64,000 bases of DNA from Klebsormidium nitens (Eukaryota > Plantae > Klebsormidiophyceae), in the NCBI GenBank assembly GCA_000708835.1, contig DF237352.1:1-64000 (forward strand). The letters are read 5' to 3'. This document shows positions 23,763 through 35,532 of this stretch, piece by piece; the first letter of the stretch is position 1; every line of letters begins with the position of its first letter. A program made the position numbers and the translations under genes. The notes beneath the pieces are model-generated. The model worked only from the letters and a program-made list of their open reading frames with translations, was not told the DNA's origin and searched no databases.

Positions 23763-26700
23763 ATGTCGAGTCGTCTAGAGCCAGTTAACCCGGAGGGCAA
23801 AGTGTGGTGCACATGTCCATTGTGCAAATCAAGAGGGAGCAGAGAAGGACGGTTTGTTTCCGCTTCCACACGAAGAAACCACCGTGCGCGCGAGAAGGAT
23901 GTCGATGCCGGAGCACATCTAGAGCAGCTGCAAGAAGCGCGAGGCTCAGAGAATCAAGATTGGGGGGGTGATGGGGGAGGTGAAGATCAGGGATGCCTTG
24001 AAACGGAAAGGCGCTCCAATGATTCTGAGGAATCGTCAAGATCCAGAAGCAGCAGCGGAGCTGAAAGAGTCGGTCAGCGAGCAAACGTTGAAAGCTGGTT
24101 TACAGGCGGGCAACTGCCAAACTTCGAGCTTGCAGATGATATCATGGATGAAGGATCAGAACGGCAAGCAAATGGACCAGCTTCCGTCTCTGATGTTGAG
24201 CTGAAGATCATGGACTGTCTAGTTGACCTAGTGAAGCTTGGAGATGTAGCAGGGCTCAGCAACGAGACCATGGACAAGCTAGTGAAACTATGCATGTCCG
24301 CGACCGACTCGATTGCTGCGGCGATCGACCCTCATTGGAAGGAAACGGTGAAAAGGCTGGGTTTGCCACAGTCCCATGACCAGGTAGGGCCCCTCTCTCC
24401 GTTTAAAGAGGCAATGATACAATACTTATGTAATCTTTCCTTCACCTATTCGTGTCTCATCAATTTGAAAACTCAAAGTCAATGTTGTCCGTTTGAGTTT
24501 TTGTCAATATTAATCCAGTTTTGAAGTGCAAATCAGCTGCAAAGTTCCTGATAATCGCGCGAGACTCTGTAGAGAAAGTTCTCTCAAGAACTTCCCGAAT
24601 AACAAACATTCACTCGAAAATTCTCTTCAAGAACTCTCAATGATGATCTCTTCAATTGAGCCGTCTTCCCGCAGCTTGTCACGTGTCCTTTGGAAAGATT
24701 CGTAACAGAAATTCGAGCTCCCTATACTCGTTTCTGATTTCAGAGTCCTCAAGGGGTTGAAGCTTAGAACTCTGCTTTCTGAGTCGCTAGCCACCCCCCC
24801 AAAGTCCCTTGTCAGATCCCCCGGCCAGCCAGCCGGTTTTGTCAGTAAAACAGCCATCTCGCAACCTCCTTTTTCGTCCCGATTCCATGCTGTTCTGCTT
24901 TCTAACTTTAAAATCGTGTTATGCATCGGCCAGTGTACATGTCTAGTCTCCGAACAGCCGATCCATGAGTTTTCTATTCTCCGAACAGCTGATCCATGAC
25001 TTGCCTTGAACGGATTCACCACAAATTAACCCTGAGATTTAGCCTCCGCAAACCCGCATCTGTGACCCCACGTGGGGTGCACCCTGCAGTTTTCTCCCCT
25101 CACCGGTTTTCGACCTGCCGCGCTGACGTCATACTTTGAAGTTTTGAGTGTTTCTCTTTTCGCGTGTCTTCCCCAGTATCTANNNNNNNNNNNNNNNNNN
25201 NNGACCGGTTTTTGACCTGCCGCGCTGACGTCATAAGTTTGGCTTTGTCGTTTCTGTCTTTTCGCACACCCTTTCTGGCAACAAAACCTTCAACTGCTGA
25301 GTCGCTTTTATTCAGTTTCCCCAACCTTAACCAAAAATCTGACCCGTCAAAACCTGCTTTTTTGCGTTTCCAGCCTTTTCCGCCCCCTTTGAGCAGACCG
25401 CGCCGCGTGCTTACCCGTCCGTTTTGACTTCTAATTCGACCTCCCCCTAGTAAATAGGACCTCGGCAATCCATTCCCTTTCAAAGTCTCTTTCTGTTTCA
25501 CAATTGCCTCTCCGTAACCGACCCCGATCGAAACCTACCTCCAGCCAACAGCCGAAACAGCCACCAGTCACACCCCCTCTTTCCAGCCACCAACTAACCC
25601 AAAGCACTCGCCCCGCATACGCCTGAGAAGCTCTCAAAGTATAAAATAAAAGAACACGATAACCTCTCACAGCTGTCTTTTCTATCTTCGTCGATTCGTT
25701 TCTCGCAGAACCACTTACCAGAAAAATCAATCACGCCTAGTATAAATCATCCCTTTCCCCGAACAAGACTATCTTTGCTGACGTCCAGCTCCCCTTGTGC
25801 AGTTGTCTACTTACCTCGCGAGATCGTCACGTCTGCTCGGAGAAGTTCAGACGTACCGCTGGCATCCCGGACCCGGCAAAGGGAAGGACAAGGGCCACTG
25901 GCACCTGTTCGCACCCAGTCAAGAGGACTGCAAGTCCACTCCGTGCCCCGGGTGCGAAGACCGGCCAGGCAGGCCAGCGTGGCGAGACTGCCCGGAGCAC
26001 CAGGAAAAGTGCCCCGACTGCGGATTCTTGCGGCGGGATGCCTTTGAACTCCCCTTCATCTCCCCCGAGCTCCATGCTCGCGCAAAGCTAACCACGGTCG
26101 AGGGGTGCAAGGATGCCACGGTCAGGGGGGCTTGGGGGGAGCGAGATCACTGGTTGGGGAAACCGAAAGGGGCGGTACACGAGCCGCAATTTGAAGTATG
26201 GGACGGGGAACGCTGGCGAGACGACTCGGCTTTCTTCGACCCGCAATCCAGCTTTCTCCTTCCGTTGAAGTGCGAGGAGTGCTGCAAAACCCGGAGCGTG
26301 TATTGCGCCCAAAACTTCAGACCCCCGTGGTTCACCCGCCCTACCCCCGAGATGTGGTGTGCGGAACGGAAGCGGTTCGAAGCTCGGTGTCCGATCTGCA
26401 AGGGGGCAATCGTTGCAACTTTGGAGGAGCTCCAAAGACGGGGGGATCCAAGAAACCTGAAGCTCGGACTTCACTTGGACGGGTTTCCAGCGGCGACCAC
26501 GTCCAACAAGTCAAGCTGCATCATGGACCTCTTCCCGATGACGGTCTCGAAGCTGACCCTGCACAAGGGAGCGGAGGACTGGCTGTGGCCTGTCATGTAC
26601 CCCCAGAAGATGCAAATAGTCGCCGGGCCGGACAGCTATGATGCTTTCATGCTGGTCCTTGTCCTCGACGCCCTGAGGCTGTTCATTGACGGCGTCGAGA

Positions 26701-29700
26701 TTGACTACGCCCTTCTCCCCGAGGAGATCAGCCCCCATCTCCCCCCCCGGAGAGGACCGGTTAAGATTCGGATGATGGTCTCGAGCGTTTTCTCCGATCT
26801 TCCGGCGCTCGCGGACATGCTCAAGTTCAAGCTGGGGGGGTTCCACGCGTCCAGATCCTGCAAGCACGTCGGCGGCTACGTCGACGGAAAGCTGGTCTAC
26901 ACGGACGGCCGCCGACTCGCCCGCGACGGTTGCGAGCCAAAGAAAATGGACGAGGTGGCGGCGGCCATGCTGGAGCACCTGGGGGCGGAAACGAAAGCCG
27001 AGCGGACTGAGATCGGGCACCGGACAGGCGTGATCGGGTTCAGCATGCTGCTGATCCTGTCGGCGGCATTCTGTCTGCACCTCGTGCATGACGTATGCAG
27101 CGACTTCCTGCACTGCGGGCCGGAAAACCTCTGCAAGCATCTGGTCCGCGACCTGCTGTACGGAGTGAGCCGGAAGCAGGGGGAAACTACGACGATCGTC
27201 GAACCCCCTCGGGCGGATCTGAAAGAGTTCGGGAAGCGGTTAGCGGGGATCAAGCCAACGAGAAAGCTCGCCAGCGGCCGGTGGCCCGCGGACCCGGCAA
27301 AGCGGCCCCTCGGCTGGTGGAAGGCCGACGAGCACATGAAGGCGGCGACCGTGTGCTTCGTCACCGCCTTTGCGGGCATCACCGACCCGGAAGCCTACGC
27401 GGTTGTCCAGCTCGTGGCCTGCATCCACACGCTGGTGTTCGTCGTCGGCACGAGGGGCGGGTGGACGGCCGAGCTGGCGCACTTGTTTCGGCAGCTGTGC
27501 AGGGCCAAGCTGGTCCGCGCCGAGGAGGACGCGCTCCCCAAGCTGCGACCGCTCGAGCACGAGACGTGCCTGCACATGCCGGCAAACGTCCGGATGCACG
27601 GCCCCCCCGACGCGTACTGGTGCTACGCGCAGGAGCGATACATCCGGAAGCTGGTAAACACGCCCAATAACGGAAAGCAGATAGAGACGACCCTCCACGG
27701 GCGGACCTTGGCCGCTCTCACGGTCGGGTGGCTGCAGCGCCGCCGACGAGAAGAGCAGCTTCGCGCGGCCGGCCGGACGACGGGCGACGAGTCGTGGGAG
27801 CGCGCGCGCGCGCGCGTGGCGGACGGAGTCCTCTTTGCCGCGTCGCAGCAGGAGGCCCGGGGCTACTTGACGGTGTTGGAGCGCGAGCCGCCACGCGACG
27901 GGAGGCCGTCGGACGAGCGGCTTTTAGCGAGCATGCGAACGGAGGGTGTGGCAATCGGTCAGCTGCCGGAAAATTGGGAGCGGCGGTCCTTCATGCGCCT
28001 CGAAAACCCGCAGCGGCTGGCCGTCGAGAAGATTCTCGACAAGGAGGCACGGGGTGCGGGGCAGAACGGGGTCCGCACCGTCCGGTTGGAAGCCGGTACT
28101 GTCAAACGGGTGAAGAGCATTCAGCTGGGGGAGAACAACTTTGCGGTTGGCGACTTTGCGGTGCTGCGACCGGAAGCCGCGGGCGGATTGGACGAGTACG
28201 TGCTGGTGGACTCGTTTTTCACAGCAAAGCCGCTGAACGGTCCCCGGCGGGTCTTTGTCCAATTTTCAGCCTTTCAAACCCAAAAAGACGGGGTAACCGG
28301 GGAACCTCTCGGCGGGAGCCACCACAACTGTCTCATGCTGGACCCCCTTGAGCAAGACCAGGAGCGCGTCCGGCTGGCTAGGGACCTGCATCGGCACTTT
28401 GTTCCCTACCCCACTCCCGGCGAGACCGTCTTCACCGGGAGCAGCCACGTCATCGAGGTGGCGCAGAGCGGGTTCGGGTTCGATGCGCACGACGTATGGG
28501 TGCCGGTTTACCCCCGGGTAAGCAGGCTCACTTTTCAAGGACGCATTTCTAAGAGTGTCCTGCTTTTCTTTCCTTCTCGGCGCAGAGGTACATCAAAAAA
28601 TTTGACAACCAGATTTTGACTTTGCTTTCGACTTTTGTAGTGCCACAGTTATGGCTTCAAAACGATCATCTCAGTTTTAGGCGGTTCTCAGTATTGGGCG
28701 GCACTCGAGGGAATATGAAGAGCCGGATCCTTGTTGCGTTTCAGAATCTAAAACCGACAGGTTGCTTTTCATCCGATGTTAATTAGTAAGCTGCAAATTC
28801 GACCGCTCCTCATCCAATCTACGATACCGAAGCTTCAGAAGCTTCTTGGAAGGCGCTCTGATGTACTCGCTTCTTCCCAAGACGGCTCCCTAACTGCTGT
28901 CGCTTCCTTGTGAGTGAAGCTGCTAACAATCTGAGCTGAATTCAAGCGGGTTTATTTCGGTCACCTCACTGTGTGATGAAGCTTTCGTTTTACCACTGGC
29001 CGCTGACTTCCACCTAATTCGAGGTGACTGCTGTCACGGATCCGTGATGACAGGCCGTCCGTTTTGCATCGGCCGAAGGGGCTTTGAGAAACGATTCTTG
29101 TCGCCGAGAGCATCTCTCAGATACGTCTTCGAATGCAGTCAATACTTCTTGAACAAGTGATTAAGCTACTATGAACTTGCTCTGACTTTCATCGAGTAGG
29201 CCAAGAGAGGGCACGGTGACACATCGCGCTCTCTGGTCGGTTAATTCTTGACCGTTTGGGAACCTTCTAAAGACGTCACACGATCATTCGTTCTGAGAAA
29301 GTTGCAAAGCGGCGTTGACCGGCTTCGGTTGTTTGGTTGTTTTCATTCTCGAATTCGGCATTAATCTATTCGATTAGTATAAATTCTGAATGCTTTCTAA
29401 CTGATCTCAATCATTCTTTTAATGACGCGTCCACTGTATGGCAGCTTCGTAGCCAAACCATCAGACAAAGCAACCCGGGCTTTGCAGGTTGGGGACGTGG
29501 TGCGGCTGGCGGTCCGTGAGCCTCCGGAAGTCCGCCAAGAGGGCGTCGAGGGGCAGTGGGGATACGGAGTGCCGTACGACATCCTGAAGTCCGTACGGCC
29601 TGACTTTTCTCTCTCGTACGCGCTGGTCAAGCAAGTGAGCAGCGGCCAGGGGAGGATGGCCGTCGTGCAGTGGCTGCGGCGCTCGGAACCCGCTGCATCA

Positions 29701-29940
29701 GACGGGGAGGAAAGCGATTGGACGCTGTGGCCTATAGCCGGGCGCACGGCGATGGACGTAGATGACGTCAGTGGGAGCGAACTCAGTGAGAGCGAGGACG
29801 AAAGCGCGGGCGAGTTCGAGCTCAAGCGAGTCACCTGGAACTCGATCATTGACGTCGTGGAGGCGGTCACAACGGTCGAGGACGAAAAAGGGACAGTGTT
29901 CCGCTTCAAGACGCTGCCGCCCGTAAGAGTACGAATCTAG
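23763..29940 (+). CDS. CACTA/EnSpm-type transposase (Transposase_21/DUF4218-like), 3 exons, about 1262 aa
   Basis: Exons 23763-24383, 25803-28517 and 29488-29940 are all phase 0. Motifs: N-terminal WCTCPLC zinc-binding-like segment, EVWDGERW, DPRNLKLGLHLDGF, SDLPAL, SDFLHCGPEN, HGPPDAYWCYAQERYIRKL. Confidence 0.9.
25183..25202. other. Assembly gap (20 N) flanked by a duplicated ~32-bp sequence
   Basis: accggtttt(c/t)gacctgccgcgctgacgtcata occurs on both sides of the N run. Confidence 0.95.
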
Positions 29941-30217
29941 GGTAGGGCCAAGAACCGAAAAAAAACCGTGGGGAGAGGGGCCGGAAACGAGGATGGGGAG
30001 AGAAACGGTTGGCTGACGTCAGCCGAGAGAAGCGGTCGATTTGTCGGAAGCTTTGGATTGGTCGGTGAAAGTTGCACGGGAGTAAGCGCGAGCTCAGTCC
30101 CCGGAGAAGTGGCTCCGGAAACGGAGATCAAGGAAACCGGAACCGGAAACGGAACAGAGAGCGGAACCGAATCGGATGCCGGAAGTGAAACGGGACCGAA
30201 GCGGAGTCGAAAGCTGA

Positions 30218-30364
30218 ATCAGAACCGAAAGTGGCACGGGAACTGGAAACGGAACGGTGAAGCAACGGAGGAGGTGGGGAAGACTGGAGGGAAGATTGGA
30301 CCTCGACCATCGGTGCACTGTCTACCGCTTCTGGACGTGCCCGCCCGTGCGGGTCCGCATCTAG
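30218..30364 (+). pseudogene. Diverged second copy of the transposase C-terminus
   Basis: Translates ...TVYRFWTCPPVRVRI* versus the transposase end TVFRFKTLPPVRVRI*. Confidence 0.7.
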
Positions 30365-30721
30365 AATGGACGAGCTTTCATAAGAAAGGCGTAAGTTTTC
30401 AAAATCGTTCCTTCTGCTTTTGTCTCTTCTGAATTTGTGAGTGTTTCGGTCGAGGGAAAACCATTCAGAAGCGTTTGTCGACAAGTTTTCGTTCTATTTT
30501 ACATCTGGTCAACTTTTGGACCCGGCGCACCAACCTCTTTCTTTCGGGGACCTCTTTTGATTGGCAGATGTACACTGTGTGCGCACAAAGGAGTCTGCAC
30601 TTCCTGATCGAATTGCGAACGCGCGTCTTAATTACGGTTCTTATCTGCTGTTCCTACAGCTCTCCGACTGATTGAAGCTGTTGTTCTTCGAATTCGGGTT
30701 GACATCTCGTTTCGAATGTAG

Positions 30722-30850
30722 TGCAGTACTTTCAGGCTTTTTGTTCATTACTCTCAGGCTTTTTGAAGTACTCTCAGGCTTATTGAAGTACTTTCAGGCT
30801 TTTGCCGTTTTCAGGCTTTTGCAGTACTCAGCAACTTTGCAGTACTCTTA
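30722..30850. repeat. Imperfect ~18-21 bp tandem repeat (gtact(t/c)tcaggctttt)
   Basis: About 5 recognisable copies of tcaggctt plus gtact motifs. Confidence 0.8.
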
Positions 30851-30874
30851 GCGCAAATCCATCTGATTTCGCAG

Positions 30875-31085
30875 GGACGTTCAACCACCCTTCGCGCTGA
30901 CGCACGATGAGATCGGCCTGCCGATCGAAAGAACGGAGGCTCTCCCGTGGCGTCCTGAGGACTGGGTTCGCGCGGACAACATGGAGACGGGCAGCGAGTA
31001 CGAACGCGCATTCCCTGCAGAGCAAGCGGCCGACCCTGGGAACGACGCATGGGACAGCGAGAGCGACGGCGATGTGTTCGAGTAG
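30875..31085 (+). CDS. Possible orphan terminal exon with acidic tail within the transposon
   Basis: ctgatttcgcag acceptor, then DVQPPFALTHDEIGLPIERTEALPWRPEDWVRADNMETGSEYE...WDSESDGDVFE*. No upstream partner exon was established. Confidence 0.35.
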
Positions 31086-32186
31086 TTGGACGTGTTCAAA
31101 AGTGCTTACGTAAGCCTTCCAAAGTCTTGCGACCCGCAGTGGCTCTGACGACGAGCATCTTGTGCAGAACGATGAAGCTAATCAGTTAAACTTTCACAAG
31201 CCTTCAGGTACAAACGGTTTGGCATCAGAAGAATAATGATGTTCTCAACGCTTCAATGCATTGAATGTAAGTTCAGCAAGACTGTACTACTGAGAACGGA
31301 CGATGTTTGTACGCTGGATAGTTGGCTAAAGAAAGTGGTTTGTTGATCAGAAGCTTTGATCAGCAAACGGCAATTCAATTCCCCTTTGTGCAGTTCCGAA
31401 TTTCTAGATATTGCCCGATGGCCACAATTCCTGGGACTCGCATTTGCTCGCTTCCAGCGTCAAAGAGTCCAACGGGCGTAGGGGGTTCTTTGAATCATCC
31501 ACGTACTTTGTGAGTTTCGCCAATTTTTGTCCAGGATTCAGCTTACGATGCTCCTATGAACAACCTGCAGGACAACAGATCGTCCGAGTGGGTTCTCAGC
31601 ACCGCTGGGCGTATGGACCACCTCCACCGTGCGCGTGACAGTGCGCGCGCAGCCGCCTTCTTGAGAGAACTGGCGTTGCGCTCAGCGAGGCGCAGGAATC
31701 CTTGCCAGTAGACTTCCTAAGTCTCACGTAGAATCACTGAGAGTCTGAGAGGGCTAGACTTGTGACGGATACTTGTAGAGTCAGCATGTGCAGGGAGGAA
31801 TGAACATGTCTGACTATCTGACAATCGTAATTTCATTTGGATTTTGCAGCACGTAAGTAGCTTGACAACGCGATTCCGTGCGGCTATCCATTCGATGACT
31901 CTGTAAGAGAAGGCAGACTTGAGAGCATTACTTCTGATGATTGCGCTCGCGTACGTTCCTACGAAAGACCACTCGATGTCATGACTTATAGAATCGAGCA
32001 GCATGTATGCAGTCGTGGATCAATGCTGAAAGCAAGTTGCAAACTTAGCTGCTCACTAAAGCGTTCGTGTAACCTGTGACCGAGTGGCCGTTCACATGAT
32101 TCAATCAAATCACGTTGATAGAGTGCATCCGGCAACGTCCTGTGACCGGCAACGTTAATCAAGGTTTCTGATGCTATTGCAATCTA

Positions 32187-32588
32187 GGCCCGGAGCTAAC
32201 TAAGCCGTGTTCTGCCGGGCTGTCGGTCGACGTTGCCCGAGCATCTATTTGCTGCCCGGTGTTTTCTGCCCGACTACGCTGCCCGGTGGTATCCGCTGCC
32301 CGGGCACTCCGCCTCCCCGCCCTTCTTGCCCGGCCTGAACCTGGCGCGCTGCCCGGTCACCTCAGTTGCCCGGAGGAGTGTTCCTGCCCGGAAACGCGCT
32401 GCCCGGCCGGGGACATTCCTTGCCCGGTCAATCCGCGTTGCCCGGTCGTCCCGCGTGTCCGGGCAGGACGACCGGCAATTCTTTGCCCGGACACGTGACC
32501 GGGCAGGGAACCCGGGTGACCGGGCAGGAGGTCCGATGGCCGGGCAAAGCTTCAGAGGATGGGGATCCCCGGGCAAGAAGACCGGGCA
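32187..32588. repeat. Subterminal array of about 20 (T)GCCCGG motifs in both orientations
   Basis: About 12 forward GCCCGG (mostly left) and about 8 reverse CCGGGC (mostly right) within 400 bp, ending about 20 bp before ...ccccCTGTGGG. Confidence 0.9.
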
Positions 32589-33146
32589 AACCGCAGATTC
32601 CCCCTGTGGGTCTCTTCACTTGCATTAATTAGAAGGCGGTGATGTCAATCGTTGGGAGACTTGGTCAAAGGCTCCGGCATTGCTCGGTCTCAGCGCAAGT
32701 ACGTTATACATACCAATTTTCTGCTCGAAGAGACGTGATCACGTACACATCATACACGAAAATCAAAGCCTCTGCAGAGGCTGCGCGTGTTCCCTTTCCA
32801 AAATCAAATCGACAAAAGGTATGGTGCACCGTTTTCATTGGGTCATGTTTGCAGGGCTGCCGTACGGCATAACGATAGTATATAGATCATTTGCGTCGAT
32901 CGCATAATGAAAGGGTTTAAAACTAGTTGAACCTCGTAGCTGCGATTGACCTGATATATGCCAGAGCTACTAGTGGACGAAGTACTGCTTCCTACGCTCA
33001 CTTATGTTGAAACTGAAAGTCACGAGTTTACCGTTTATGGTAGTAAAAACTTGGGTCAAGGACTGGAACTTCTGACACCCACCCTAATCTCTCAGTCGAA
33101 AACGAGCTAGCGTCCCCCGGTCTCTCCTTTGAAGTACACATAGCTT

Positions 33147-34425
33147 CTACAGGGGCGCTCCGAGTACTATGAAAGCTGCAGCGAAGCTTCCCCCCATAAC
33201 CGCTCCGCCTGAACCCGCCCTGGAAGCTGCACGAAGGGTGTCGGACCAGGACTCGGGCGTTGCTTGCTCCGGGTCTTCGACGAGGCGGGCTGCGATGGGG
33301 AGATTTGCTGCCATCAACCCGCCCGCAAGCGCACCTCTCAAGATCCGGGATAGAGCTTTCTGCAGGGCGGGTTCAGAAGGGGCGGAATGAGACACCTCGG
33401 GAGAGGGAACTAATAGCTAAGAGTAGAACGGTGTCAGAAGGAAAGCATAACTGGTTACATGCTTCTGCACCAAGTCAGGCAGAAACGCACACCTGTTAAC
33501 TTGGTTTGGTAGGAGCGAAACCTTGCTTTAATTTGAAAGGATCTGGCACGTCGTCTTCTGAGCTTGACATTGATTGGCAGTATACAAGTTTCGTTCGATG
33601 TCCGCGTGGTACTAGAAGCAAAAGTTTTCAAGAAAATTCGAGCGGACTGAGAATTTCGTGGCGACCGTTGACGAATCAATGCGGCACCACCGTCCGCCCC
33701 CGCTGGCACCCTGCTGAACTTGGGAGCGACACCCATGTCAATAGCGTAGCGTCACGAAAACCAGGCTGGAAAAGAGACTGATCATCACACCAGTACTACT
33801 ACTAGTAATTTCCAATACAAGTAGCCGCTGGAGCGTTTGCCAGGTGTATAATACTTCAAACATGTGGTGCCGTTGTACTGGGAGTTTGAGAAATGCATCG
33901 CCGCTTCAAACTGCGTTGTTCAAGTGGCTGTGTTGCTGAAGACTTTAACCGATATCGGTTAAAGATTTAAGTAATCGATTTTCTTTGTGTCGCGTTGCTC
34001 GAGCGGACGCTAATCTGCCCTTTAAACAGAGTTGACCTGCTTGAACAATCGCGAACGTCCAGGTTTCGGGTGGACTACATGCTGGAACAGCAACACGATC
34101 AAGATCCTTCATTTCCAGGATGTCAATGTTGCTTGGCTACACGGTGCAGCAACATTCATGGGGCTGAGACTTGTAGGTTCTCCCAATCGTACTGTATGAT
34201 GGACCTACCTTTTGGAATGTTTTGTTCGGTTAATTTCCGTCAAGGATCTCAATGTTGACCAGATTTTTTTCTCCATTCAATGCTTAAAGCAGCTACTGGT
34301 CAACATTAACCACGGCTGCTGACTGTGACGGTGGTCTCATAGCAAGTGCTCACCTCAACAGATCTGAGCACCATGCTCGACGCAGGCCGCGCGCTCCGAA
34401 GTGTGCTGATAACTTGGCTGCTCAT
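33147..34425 (-). CDS. Small glycine-rich two-helix membrane protein, paralog A (94 aa)
   Basis: Exon 34425-34354 (MSSQVISTLRSARPASSMVLRSVE|GTGAG) plus exon 33359-33147 (tgcag|KALSRILRGALAGG...), phase 0. Confidence 0.7.
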
Positions 34426-34649
34426 GGCTGGTTTCACAGGAGCCTCTTCACCGCCTCTTCTTGATGTACAGCAAGCTGATTTTGTGACTTTAACGAGGTT
34501 GAGCCCGGTTCCGGTTCAAATACAGTAGATTCTCGTGAAAATGACGAACTCATCTGATTTGTTGACAGTTTATAGGCTTTGCTTTGCAGATCATCTGCTA
34601 AAAGATCAAGCTGTACGATCAAGCGAACGGAGAGTCACGTATCCCGTCT

Positions 34650-34835
34650 TCCGCGCCAGCGCCGCATCGTGCGGACCTCGCGGCCGGCGGTCTGGCGCCC
34701 CTCAGCTGGGGATACAGCCGGGCGATCTGGCTGTCGGGGCAGGCCGGCCGGCCGGCCGCTGGTCATGTGCCGCAGTCGATGGCTGCGCGAGGGGGCCGGC
34801 GGGCCGCGTCGCGCTGCGCTGCAGGGTTTTAGCTA
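34650..34835 (-). promoter_or_regulatory. GC-rich upstream island of paralog A (equivalents at 37020-37195, 40070-40860 and 45500-45630)
   Basis: CGGCCGGC-rich patch with AGGGTTT motifs, found at the same position upstream of each paralog's first exon. Confidence 0.5.
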
Positions 34836-35094
34836 GCAGGAACCTGAGGAACTTGCAAAGATCCCAATCGTGTGGATCGTGATACTTTCGGTGTACCGAT
34901 TCTAATCGGAATTGCAGATGATTTCGCATTTCGGATATGCTATACGCGTAGTCGCTTTAGATCCGGATTCTCCAAGTGCCAGCCAGTTTGCGGTGTAATC
35001 AGCAACGTCTGCGGATACTTCACTTCGAAAACCTCCAGAACCTGGCATTGTGCTCGCGCAGCGTCAGGACGGGATAGTTTGCCCGGCTACTAGC

Positions 35095-35490
35095 GGGACT
35101 GGAAGTCCCTGTTCGCTATCTTTGGAGTTCACGAAGACACTGAGTTCATGAAGCTATTTCTCCTCAACTATACATGACGAGAAGAACACCTACGACATCC
35201 TGCAGAGGAAAGTTTCTTCCCTCGAAAGCTTCCGCCTTGGTGGTGACGTGATCCTTTCGGTTAAGCCAGCGGGTGTAATTGACAGTCCCTGCTTTGTTTT
35301 TGGGTCCGGCCGTACTGTGAAATTGACATGCATACACGCGATTTGTCGTTCAATCCGACTCACACATCTATATAGGACATAAGAGAAGCAGCCACTGCTT
35401 ATGTACTCTGCAAAGCTTCAATGTTATTTCTTCACAGTTAGAGCTTGTAATGTATTCGTTGAGAACGAGCTATCATCCATGATCGCTCTT
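35095..35490 (+). pseudogene. Decayed internal fragment of the F-box/LRR gene
   Basis: Aligns by eye to about 18645-18990 (tcatgaagct, tccctcga(g/a)agcttc, tggtgacgtgatc, gtgaaattgaca, atccatgat) with frameshifts. Confidence 0.75.
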
Positions 35491-35532
35491 CTCGGTGTAT
35501 TGTGCAACAGATTACGGTGGATTCCTAGCCTG

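Larger units (their letters stand above)
21385..32609 (+). mobile_element. CACTA/EnSpm (CMC)-like DNA transposon, about 11.2 kb; left end uncertain
   Basis: Contains an EnSpm-type transposase. The right end CTGTGGG follows a subterminal repeat array, and CCCACAG occurs at 21385. Flanks (up to about 21300 and from 32610) are collinear with the uninterrupted paralogous unit at 42000-44000. No clean TSD was found. Confidence 0.6.

Noticed and set aside
25100-25240. Direct repeat around 20 Ns as a biological duplication
   Set aside because: It flanks an assembly gap, so it is probably a contig-overlap artefact.
26088-28538. Overlapping antisense and alternative-frame ORFs within the transposase
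   Set aside because: Expected shadows of a GC-rich coding sequence.
32233-32632. ORFs over the GCCCGG array
   Set aside because: ORFs occur in several frames and both strands simply because the GC-rich repeat lacks stops.
33690-33860. Extra middle exon or intronic ncRNA in the small-protein genes (conserved tttccag and VAPKFSRVPA-like frame)
   Set aside because: The frame from the acceptor hits stops or differs between paralogs and no snoRNA boxes are evident; explained by shared duplication history.
34346-34528. Conserved + strand ORFs (also 39783-39995) resembling signal peptides
   Set aside because: They are the antisense shadow of exon 1 and the 5'UTR of the minus-strand paralogs, whose ATG, donor and phase are conserved in all copies.
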